A stretch of DNA of 32,000 nucleotides from Methylorubrum extorquens (GTDB lineage Bacteria > Pseudomonadota > Alphaproteobacteria > Rhizobiales > Beijerinckiaceae), in assembly GCA_900234795.1 (NCBI GenBank), contig LT962688.1, positions 2,730,001 to 2,762,000 on the forward strand, given 5' to 3'. Made by a program: the position numbers and the translations under genes. Numbering within the stretch: position 1 is the first letter of the stretch; every line of letters begins with the position of its first letter. Shown piece after piece: positions 1 through 7,665 of this stretch. The notes below the pieces were generated by a model that made no database searches, was not told the DNA's origin, and saw nothing but the letters and a program-made list of their open reading frames with translations.

Positions 1-693
1 CCGCTCTATGACGGGCTGTCGGTCACGATTCCCGCCGGCCAGCGCGTCGGCCTCGTCGGGCGTTCCGGATCGGGCAAGACGACCTTCGTCAAGCTGATCC
101 AGCGGCTCTACGACGTGAGCGGCGGGCACGTGCTCATCGACGGGCAGGACGTGGCGGGCGCGACGCAGGCGAGCCTGCGGGCGCAGGTCGCCATCGTCCC
201 GCAGGAGCCGGTGCTGTTCCACCGCTCGCTCGCCGAGAACATCGCCTATGCCCGGCCCGGCGCCTCGCCCGAAGAGATCGAGCGGGCGGCGCGGCTCGCC
301 AACGCGCACGACTTCATCGCGCGGCTGCCGAAGGGCTACGCCACGCTGGTGGGCGAGCGCGGCGTCAAGCTCTCCGGCGGCGAGCGGCAGCGGGTGGCGC
401 TGGCCCGCGCCTTCCTCGCGGATGCGCCGATCCTGATCCTGGACGAGGCGACGTCTAGCCTCGATTCGGAATCGGAGGCGCTGGTGCAGGAGGCGATGGA
501 GCGGCTGATGCGCGGGCGCACCGCGCTCGTCATCGCGCACCGTCTCTCGACGGTGCGCGCCCTCGACCGCATCCTCGTGTTCGACCGGGGCCGCGTCGTC
601 GAGGACGGGGCGCATGCCGCGCTGATGCGACGCCCGAACGGGGCCTACCGCGCCCTGTTCGAGCGGCAATCGGAACTGGCGGAGAACGCGTGA
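1..693 (+). CDS. ABC exporter, C-terminal ATP-binding domain (5'-partial, MsbA-like)
   Basis: Frame 1 is open from base 1 (PLYDGLSVTIPAGQRVGLVGRSGSGKTTFVKLIQ...). Walker A GRSGSGKT, ABC signature LSGGERQR, Walker B ILILDEATS, H-loop IAHRLST. The start lies upstream of the window. Confidence 0.9.
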   Translation, partial: PLYDGLSVTIPAGQRVGLVGRSGSGKTTFVKLIQRLYDVSGGHVLIDGQDVAGATQASLRAQVAIVPQEPVLFHRSLAENIAYARPGASPEEIERAARLANAHDFIARLPKGYATLVGERGVKLSGGERQRVALARAFLADAPILILDEATSSLDSESEALVQEAMERLMRGRTALVIAHRLSTVRALDRILVFDRGRVVEDGAHAALMRRPNGAYRALFERQSELAENA

Positions 694-1028
694 GGATCCT
701 GTTCGTCTGCGGCCGGGCGCGCACCCGCAGCCCGACCGCCGAGCAGGTGTTTTCGCGATGGCCCGGCCTGGAGACGGCCTCGGCAGGTGTCTCGGACGAC
801 GCGGACGAGCCCGTGGAGGCCGATCACCTCGCCTGGGCCGAGATCATCGTGGTGATGGAGCGCGCGCATCGGCGCAAGTTGATGCGCCGCTTCGGGTCGG
901 CTCTCCGGCATGCCCGGATCGTCTGCCTCGATGTGCGCGATGACTACGCCTTCATGGAGCCGGCCCTGGTGCGCATGCTCGAAGCGCGGGCGGGGCGGCT
1001 CCTGCCGCCTGGAAGCAAGCCCGGTTGA
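690..1028 (+). CDS. Short LMW-phosphatase/ArsC-fold protein (predicted protein tyrosine phosphatase-like)
   Basis: GTG start overlaps the ABC stop (GTGA). 112 aa with N-terminal ILFVCGRARTRS, a C-X5-R P-loop. Size and layout resemble the short predicted-PTP family of alphaproteobacteria. Confidence 0.55.
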   Translation: MRILFVCGRARTRSPTAEQVFSRWPGLETASAGVSDDADEPVEADHLAWAEIIVVMERAHRRKLMRRFGSALRHARIVCLDVRDDYAFMEPALVRMLEARAGRLLPPGSKPG

Positions 1029-1194
1029 GTCTCGCTTACCGAATCCGCGCCGCGCTTTCGTCGCCGGAGCGCGAACATGAGGGGCGGAGGCCCAGGGCCT
1101 GGGTCGGTCTCGCGACAGCGTGGACGAGAGCCGATGTTAACAATTTGTTGAGCATAAAGTCTCTACCCTCCTGCCTTCTCAAGGAGCGTCGGGC

Positions 1195-3348
1195 ATGCGC
1201 GAACATCGCAAATCGCGGACGATCGAGCACGCTCACGCCGCGGACTCGGTTGAGCGTACCCTCGCCAAGGCCATCGCCCACCGCACCGCCGGACGTTATG
1301 ACAAAGCCCGCCGCAACCTTCAGCGCGCGCTGGACGCAGCGCCGCATCACGCGGGCGCGCACCACGAACTCGGCCTCCTCACCAGCAAAGCCGACGGACC
1401 CGGACCGGCGGTCCCGCATTTCGTCGCCGCCCTGAGGGCTGAGCCCGAGCAGCCGCGCTATTGGCTCGCTCTGGCTGTGACGCTCCTCGTGCTGAACCGG
1501 CTCGACGAGGCGCGTGCCCTGATGGTGCAATTCCGCAGTCGGGACATCGCCGACGACGCATCGCGCGCGATCCTCAAGGATTTCGCCGACCATGCCTTCG
1601 CGCGGGGACAGGAGCGCTACAGCGCGGGCGACCTCGCCGCCGCGGAGACCCTGGCCGACCTCGTCATCGGCCTGGACGAAACCCATGCCAACGCGACCCA
1701 TCTCGCGGGCGCCATCGCCGCGGGGAAGGGCCGAAACCAGCAGGCGTTCGACCTGTTCAGCATCGCGATCTATCGCGAGCCCGACAACGCGGGCTATTTC
1801 AGCAGCCTCGGTGCCGTCCTGATCGCGATGGGCGACTACACCGGCGCCGTCTCGGCTCTGGAGCGGGCGGTCGCCCTCAACCCCAACCTCGCGATCGCGC
1901 ATTCGAACCTGTCCGGTGTCTATCAGCGCGTCAGCCATCACAGCGCGGCCGTGACCCATGCGCGGCGTGCCGTTGCGCTCGATCCCGGCCTCTCCAACGC
2001 GCACAACAATCTCGGTTGCAGCCTGAAGAGTCTCGGCCACCTGCCCGAGGCGCTCGCGAGTTTCGACAGGGCGCTCGCGACCGATCCCACGCATATCACC
2101 GCCCATTCCAACCGGCTGTTCACCAAGCTCTATGCCGAGGGCGTTCCGCATACCGACTACGCGGCCGACGCGCGCAGCTTCGGCGCACGCTTCGCCGATC
2201 CGCTGCTGCGCCGGCGCCCCTTCGCCAACGATCGTGATTCCGACCGCCGCCTGCGCATCGGATTCGTTTCGGGCGACCTCTGCACCCACGCCGTCGCCCG
2301 CTTCATCGAGCCATTCCTGCGCCACCTGGATCGGACGCAGTTCGCGACGCGCGCCTACATGACCCAGGCAGCGGAAGACGCGGTTTCTGCCCGCCTGCGG
2401 ACTCTGTTCGATGGTTGGCACAACATCACCGGCCTCAACGACGACGAGGCCGCCGACCTGATTGAGGCGGACGCGATCGACATCCTTGTCGATCTCTCGG
2501 GCCACAGTGCCGGTCACCGCCTGCTCGTCTTCGCGCGGAAGCCCGCACCAGTGCAGGTCTCCTATCTCGGCCATCCGGCGACGACGGGTCTGCGCGCCAT
2601 GGATTACCGCCTGACCGACCATGGTCTCGATGTCCCTGGTCAGACGGAAAGTCTGCATACGGAGATGCTGTGGTGGCTGCCGGGTGTCTCAGCGACTTAC
2701 GAACCGCCGGAGGGAGTTCCTCCGGCGCGTGAGCGCGCGCCCTTCGAGGACAATGGCTTCATCACCTTTGGCGTGATGAATCGCTTCGAGAAAATCGGCG
2801 ATGAAGCATTGCAAGCTTGGGCCGAGATCCTGAGGCTGCTACCGGATGCCCAACTGTTCATGGTTGTGGGCGACGTCGAGACGCCGGAGATCCGAGCACA
2901 GGTCGAGAACCGCTTATCGAAGGCTGGGCTCCCGATAGATCGAGTGCGTCTGCATCCCCGCACCACAACCGGCTACTTTCAGCTCTATCACCAGTTCGAC
3001 ATCGCACTCGACTCCTTCCCCTATAATGGTGGAACGACGAGTTGCGACACGCTCGCCATGGGCGTGCCCTTTATTGCCCTGCGAGGCAGCCACGCGGTGG
3101 CGCGTGTCGGTTCATCGCTGCTGGCAACGGTCGGGCTTGAGGAACTCGCAGCCGAGACGCCGGAGGATTATGTGGCTCGCACCGTAGCACTTGCGCGCGA
3201 CCCGGAACGCCTCCGCGCCCTCCGCTCAGGCTTGCGTGAGCAAGTGTTCGACAGTCCGTTGATGGATCATGCCCGTTTCGCGCAAGAGATGGGGGAAGCC
3301 TTCCGCTCCATGTGGAAGTGCTGGATCGAGACGCATCACTCCGCGTAG
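1195..3348 (+). CDS. TPR-repeat protein fused to a GT41 (O-GlcNAc transferase/SPINDLY-like) glycosyltransferase domain
   Basis: 717 aa. The N-terminal about 330 aa show repeated TPR-like A-x-x-Y/A-L-x-x-x-P-N/D helices (ALNPNLAIAHSNL, ALDPGLSNAHNNLG, ATDPTHITAHSN). The C-terminal half has OGT/SPY hallmarks (RIGFVSGDL..H, DILVDLSGHS, VQVSYLGHPATTG, DYRLTD, FGVMNRFEKI, LDSFPYNGGTTSCDTLAMGVP). Confidence 0.8.
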   Translation: MREHRKSRTIEHAHAADSVERTLAKAIAHRTAGRYDKARRNLQRALDAAPHHAGAHHELGLLTSKADGPGPAVPHFVAALRAEPEQPRYWLALAVTLLVLNRLDEARALMVQFRSRDIADDASRAILKDFADHAFARGQERYSAGDLAAAETLADLVIGLDETHANATHLAGAIAAGKGRNQQAFDLFSIAIYREPDNAGYFSSLGAVLIAMGDYTGAVSALERAVALNPNLAIAHSNLSGVYQRVSHHSAAVTHARRAVALDPGLSNAHNNLGCSLKSLGHLPEALASFDRALATDPTHITAHSNRLFTKLYAEGVPHTDYAADARSFGARFADPLLRRRPFANDRDSDRRLRIGFVSGDLCTHAVARFIEPFLRHLDRTQFATRAYMTQAAEDAVSARLRTLFDGWHNITGLNDDEAADLIEADAIDILVDLSGHSAGHRLLVFARKPAPVQVSYLGHPATTGLRAMDYRLTDHGLDVPGQTESLHTEMLWWLPGVSATYEPPEGVPPARERAPFEDNGFITFGVMNRFEKIGDEALQAWAEILRLLPDAQLFMVVGDVETPEIRAQVENRLSKAGLPIDRVRLHPRTTTGYFQLYHQFDIALDSFPYNGGTTSCDTLAMGVPFIALRGSHAVARVGSSLLATVGLEELAAETPEDYVARTVALARDPERLRALRSGLREQVFDSPLMDHARFAQEMGEAFRSMWKCWIETHHSA

Positions 3349-3407
3349 AATCTTCAAACAAGTCCCTACCGAATTGCGACCGTTGCCAGGAGGAGAGGAT
3401 CATCGAT

Positions 3408-3439
3408 GGATCGGTCCGGCTACCGATCCGGGGCGCCCC
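3408..3439 (+). terminator. GC-rich hairpin plus palindrome downstream of the TPR-GT41 gene (possible terminator)
   Basis: GGATCGGT-ccggct-ACCGATCC (8-bp perfect stem, 3408-3429), followed directly by the palindrome GGGGCGCCCC (3430-3439). It lies 60 nt after the stop at 3348. There is no clean U-tract. Confidence 0.3.
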
Positions 3440-3783
3440 GTTCCCGTTTGAGTCCGCTCCGGGTTGGATACCTTACGGCGAGGCTTCCGGTCCGATCAGA
3501 CCGGCTTCGTCCGGCGCCCGGAAACGCATCGATGCACGGGCCGGCTCGTCTCAGGACTGCCGCGCTCGCAGGAGGCGATATACGCGCGGCACGGCATGCA
3601 GCCTTGTAGGACGAGATTCTGCACGTCACGAGTAAGTGGCTTCAACCACAGGCGGCAACCACCCTGCGCAGCGGGAAGCGCTTTGTCTTGAGCGCTTTAC
3701 TACATCCTAGAATGACGCGGGTCTCGAAAGAAAATCGATCCAATATTGTCGCTTTGCGAATTCAGGGGGGCCGGGGAAAGTTT

Positions 3784-5328
3784 ATGCAAGCAAATGCTCT
3801 TGAATTCTTCCTGACGGGCGCCTTGACAAATTGTCCAGATAAAATTGCTGTTATTGACGGAGACATGCGAATTTCGTTCGCGGAGCTCGACCAGCAATCG
3901 AGACGCCTGGCTGCCCACATTTTCCAAAAAGCAAAGTCTCTGAATGAGCCCGTCGCTGTCTATCTTCCAAAATCCGCAAATATTGTACTGGCAAATATTG
4001 CTGTGATGTACTCTGGATCCATATATGCAAATATCGACACAAAAATTCCACCGCTTCGTCTAAAAAATATTCTAGATAATATCAAGCCGAAACTTATCAT
4101 CACATCAAAAGAGCGAGCCGCCGACATTCTCGGCACAACGACGGAAGTAACACGCAATCAAATTATCATTATCGATGACATTTTTGGGCAGGCATACGAC
4201 GAGAACGAAGATGCGAGATCACGCAATTTCGATCAATTAATTGACACGGACCCCATCTGCATCATTAACACTTCCGGCTCAACCGGTACTCCAAAAGGCG
4301 TTGTACTCCATCATCGTGGCGTGATCGACTTCATGAACTGGGTGTTCGAGGAGTTCGATTTCGACGAGAGCACCAGCATCGGGAGTCTTTCGCCATTCTA
4401 TTTCGATATATATATACTCGAACTTTTTCTCTGCTTGGCAAAAGGGGCGACGATCGTCATTATTCCTGATAAACTGGCAATATTTCCGGCCAAGCTCATG
4501 GAATTTGTTGCAAGGGAGGGTGTCAATTTCCTGTTTTGGGTTCCATCGATCATGGTCAACATTGCGAATCTTGGTCTATTAGAGAAAATTCCGCTCCCAG
4601 ATCTGCGAACGATTTTCTTTGCTGGCGAGGTGTTTCCAACTCGACATCTCAATCAGTGGCGCCAAGCCCTCACAGACGTCGCGTTTGTCAATTTGTACGG
4701 TCCCATCGAAATCCATGTCGATTGTACTTTTTATGTCGTAGAGGGTGAGATTGCAGATGACCAGCCATTGCCGATCGGCAAGCCTTGCCGTAACACCGAT
4801 ATCATTATCCTCAATGAAGTTGATCAACGTTGTGCGGCCGGCGAGCAGGGTGAACTTTGCGTGCGCGGCAGTTCGCTCAGCAGCGGGTATTGGAATGACC
4901 CAGAAAAGACGAGCCGCGCGTTCGTACAAAACCCTCTCAACACCTGTTATCCCGAATTGATCTATCGCACGGGTGACCTTGCCGTGCGACGTGTCGATGG
5001 CTTGATCTACCTGGTCGGACGCAAGGATTATCAGATCAAGCACATGGGATATCGTATCGAGCTTCCGGAAATCGAACACCAAGTCTTGAGAATTCCCGGT
5101 ATCGCTAACGCCTGCGTCGTATATGATAACTCGAAAAAGGCGATTACGTTGTTCTATCAGCCATCCGGCAAGGATGTGTCGCAAGCAACGATACGTCGGG
5201 CGCTGTCGGAGATTTTTCCAAAGTATATGCTGCCGACGGCGTATCACTCGATGGAAGGGCTGCCAATGAACGCGAACGGAAAAATCGATCGCAATGGCTT
5301 GGTACTTTCGCTTGCGGAAGACGGTTGA
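3784..5328 (+). CDS. Stand-alone amino-acid adenylation enzyme (DltA-like carrier-protein ligase, AMP-binding superfamily)
   Basis: ATG at 3784 preceded by GGGGAAAG. Adenylation cores are present: NTSGSTGTPKGV (A3), YFDIY (A4, Asp retained), NLYGPIE (A5), YRTGDL and GRKDYQIKHMGYRIELPEIE (A7/A8), NANGKIDR (A10). About 514 aa with no C, T or TE domains. GC is markedly lower than in the flanks. Confidence 0.85.
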   Translation: MQANALEFFLTGALTNCPDKIAVIDGDMRISFAELDQQSRRLAAHIFQKAKSLNEPVAVYLPKSANIVLANIAVMYSGSIYANIDTKIPPLRLKNILDNIKPKLIITSKERAADILGTTTEVTRNQIIIIDDIFGQAYDENEDARSRNFDQLIDTDPICIINTSGSTGTPKGVVLHHRGVIDFMNWVFEEFDFDESTSIGSLSPFYFDIYILELFLCLAKGATIVIIPDKLAIFPAKLMEFVAREGVNFLFWVPSIMVNIANLGLLEKIPLPDLRTIFFAGEVFPTRHLNQWRQALTDVAFVNLYGPIEIHVDCTFYVVEGEIADDQPLPIGKPCRNTDIIILNEVDQRCAAGEQGELCVRGSSLSSGYWNDPEKTSRAFVQNPLNTCYPELIYRTGDLAVRRVDGLIYLVGRKDYQIKHMGYRIELPEIEHQVLRIPGIANACVVYDNSKKAITLFYQPSGKDVSQATIRRALSEIFPKYMLPTAYHSMEGLPMNANGKIDRNGLVLSLAEDG

Positions 5329-6141
5329 ATGGAACTTCTGCGCGATTGGGACGCTTGGCGGCGCCTGATTGGTGCGGTGCCACGGGACACGAAGACCTAC
5401 ACCACAAACCTGTACGCCACACGTGAGCAAATCGAAGGCTGGTGTGCCGACGGCCGATTATACGCACTGAGCACTGGCCAAGCTGTGCTTCTACTGCGCG
5501 CTGACCGCAGCTTTCACCACATCCATCATGTAGCGAGAGATCTAACCGCGCTCGCTGACGCGCTCGGTGCGTTGCACGCAGGGACCTACACGGCCGACAT
5601 TGTCGGACAGGGAGAACAGCTCGATGAGGTGTGCGCCACCTATGCCGCCAGCGGCTTTGCGGTTCATACCTTCTTACAGCGAATGATCCATGTCGGAAGA
5701 CTGGAGTCAGCACGCGAGGATGACGCGACAATTGCTGCAGCCGAAGAGGCGGCCGAAGTCGTGGCCTTGCTTGAGCGGCTGCTGGATCGCTTCGCGGAGC
5801 CGGTGCCGGAGGTGGTCGCACTACAGCAAGAGGCACGTGACGGACGTCTCCTCATCGTCCGTCGAGACGGTGTGATCGTCGGCATGCTCCTGTACGAGAT
5901 CAAAGGACGGATGGCGCATTTGCGCCTATGGCACGTGGATGATACCGCGCGTGGCCAGGGCATGGGACACCGCCTGATGAGAAGTTTTCTCGCGCGATGC
6001 GCGCAGGCGCAGGTGCAGCGCGTCGTGCTTTGGGTGATCGGCGACAACGTGCAATCCATCGCCATATACCGGCATTACGGCTTCGTGCCCGACGGGCTGC
6101 TCGATCGCATCATGATTCGACGCGAGGGACCACATCGATGA
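5329..6141 (+). CDS. GNAT-family acyltransferase with an uncharacterised N-terminal half
   Basis: ATG immediately follows the preceding TGA. The C-terminal about 110 aa carry the GNAT motif A region (RGQGMGHRLMRSFLARCAQAQVQRVVLWVIGDNVQSIAIYRHYGFV). I recognise no motif in the N-terminal about 150 aa. Confidence 0.7.
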   Translation: MELLRDWDAWRRLIGAVPRDTKTYTTNLYATREQIEGWCADGRLYALSTGQAVLLLRADRSFHHIHHVARDLTALADALGALHAGTYTADIVGQGEQLDEVCATYAASGFAVHTFLQRMIHVGRLESAREDDATIAAAEEAAEVVALLERLLDRFAEPVPEVVALQQEARDGRLLIVRRDGVIVGMLLYEIKGRMAHLRLWHVDDTARGQGMGHRLMRSFLARCAQAQVQRVVLWVIGDNVQSIAIYRHYGFVPDGLLDRIMIRREGPHR

Positions 6142-6368
6142 GCAGAGTGCTCGATATTCTCGCGCAGATCCGCCCCGAGGTTGATTTTGAACGATCGCAA
6201 GATTTCTTCGAGGATGGCCTGCTCGACTCGTTCGATCTGGTGACGCTCGTGTCGGAGCTGGACAAAACCTATGGCATCTCGATCGATGGCATGCATATCG
6301 TGCCGGAGAACTTCCACAATGTCGCTGCCATCGAGGCGCTTCTGACACGAAGCGGGGTAGTGCCGTGA
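6138..6368 (+). CDS. DltC-like (D-alanyl-type) carrier protein
   Basis: ATGA overlap with the GNAT stop. 76 aa. FFEDGLLDSFDLVTLVSELD closely resembles the DltC phosphopantetheine site (FEEGLLDSF...) and differs from the classic FAS ACP DSL motif. Confidence 0.8.
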   Translation: MSRVLDILAQIRPEVDFERSQDFFEDGLLDSFDLVTLVSELDKTYGISIDGMHIVPENFHNVAAIEALLTRSGVVP

Positions 6369-7441
6369 GACTATCCTACCGGGACAAGGCGATCTCGGGC
6401 CTTCTGACCGTGGTGCCGGCGAACGAGCGTAAGTTCGTCGACGAAATGGAAAACTTCAACTTTTCACGCGCACGGTCGCTCAAGCTCAAGGAGGTCATGG
6501 GCTACGATCGTCACCGCATCGTCGCCGGTCCCGTCTGCGCGTCTGACTTGGCGATAGCCGGCATCGAGCACGTGCTGACCCGCGGCCATCTCGCACGCGA
6601 AGACATCGGTGCCTTGATCGTCGTCACGCAGTCGCCGGATTACCTGATGCCGGCCACATCGCATGTCGTGCAGGGCCGACTGGGTCTTCATACCGACATG
6701 GTCTGTATGGACATCAACCAGGGGTGTGCCGGCTTCATCATTGGTTTGATGCAAGGCTTCATGCTGCTGGAGCAGCCGGCCGTCGCGAAGGTCGTGCTGG
6801 TGAACGTCGATGTCATGAGCCGCAAGGTGTCTCCTCGCGATCGAAACAGCTTTCCCCTGATCGGAGACGCGGCGTCGATCACGGTTCTGGAGCGCCGAGC
6901 CGACGCAGGCGTCATCGAGGCGGATCTGAAGATGGACGGCGCGCGCCACGAGGCGCTGATGATCCCGGCGGGTGGGTTCCGTCGTCCTTCCAACTCCGAA
7001 ACCGCGGAGATGATGCAGGACGTCGAAGGTAACGTGCGTTCGCTCGATCACCTCAAGATGGACGGTTCGGCAGTCTTCAATTTCGTGATGACCGAAGTCC
7101 CTGAATTGATCGGTGGCCTCCTCGCGCGCACCGGGACGACCGTAGCAGACGTGGATGTTTTCCTCTGTCATCAGCCAAACCGCTTCATGCTGCAGAAGCT
7201 CGCCGACAAGCTTTCCGTTCCGCACCAAAAGATGCCGAGCAACATCGTCGAGAATTTCGGGAATTCGAGTGGCGTGACGATTCCGCTCGCGGCGACCTTC
7301 AATTTGGCTGACGCGCTTCTGAACGATCGTAAGAAGGTCTGCCTTGCCGGATTTGGTGTCGGTCTGACCTGGGGCGCCATGCTGATGGAGCTTGGACCGC
7401 TCAGTTTCTGCGAGATGATCGAATATCGAGAGGACGTATGA
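6365..7441 (+). CDS. KASIII (FabH-like) 3-oxoacyl-ACP synthase III family enzyme
   Basis: GTGA overlap with the carrier-protein stop. 358 aa. The Cys-His-Asn triad contexts are present: DINQGCAGF, FLCHQPNRFM, ENFGNSSGVTIP. C-terminal GFGVGLTWGA. Confidence 0.85.
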   Translation: MRLSYRDKAISGLLTVVPANERKFVDEMENFNFSRARSLKLKEVMGYDRHRIVAGPVCASDLAIAGIEHVLTRGHLAREDIGALIVVTQSPDYLMPATSHVVQGRLGLHTDMVCMDINQGCAGFIIGLMQGFMLLEQPAVAKVVLVNVDVMSRKVSPRDRNSFPLIGDAASITVLERRADAGVIEADLKMDGARHEALMIPAGGFRRPSNSETAEMMQDVEGNVRSLDHLKMDGSAVFNFVMTEVPELIGGLLARTGTTVADVDVFLCHQPNRFMLQKLADKLSVPHQKMPSNIVENFGNSSGVTIPLAATFNLADALLNDRKKVCLAGFGVGLTWGAMLMELGPLSFCEMIEYREDV

Positions 7442-7442
7442 G

Positions 7443-7661
7443 ATGGACGAATTCCTGACGGAGATGTCCGAAATTCTCGAGGAAGATGTCACTATGTCGG
7501 ACGAACTGGGCCGTTTCGAGAGTTGGGACTCGCTCGCGAGCCTCTCGGTCATGGCAATGGCCGACAGCAAATTCGGTGTCAGGATCGGTCCGCAGGAGCT
7601 CAACCCCGCGATGACCCTCGATCAGCTCTACACCCTGATCCGCTCCAAAAAGGCGTCGTGA
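7443..7661 (+). CDS. Acyl carrier protein (second, distinct type)
   Basis: Starts 1 nt after the KASIII stop. 72 aa with FESWDSLASLSVM (DSL phosphopantetheine serine context). Confidence 0.75.
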   Translation: MDEFLTEMSEILEEDVTMSDELGRFESWDSLASLSVMAMADSKFGVRIGPQELNPAMTLDQLYTLIRSKKAS

Positions 7662-7665
7662 CACG

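Noticed and set aside
3688-3783. N-terminal extension of the adenylase ORF (MSALLHPRMTRVSKENRSNIVALRIQGGRGKF).
   Set aside because: The ORF track starts at a non-ATG codon. The internal ATG at 3784 has a good GGGGAAAG Shine-Dalgarno, and the protein from there aligns with the usual start of adenylation enzymes. The extension has no recognisable function.
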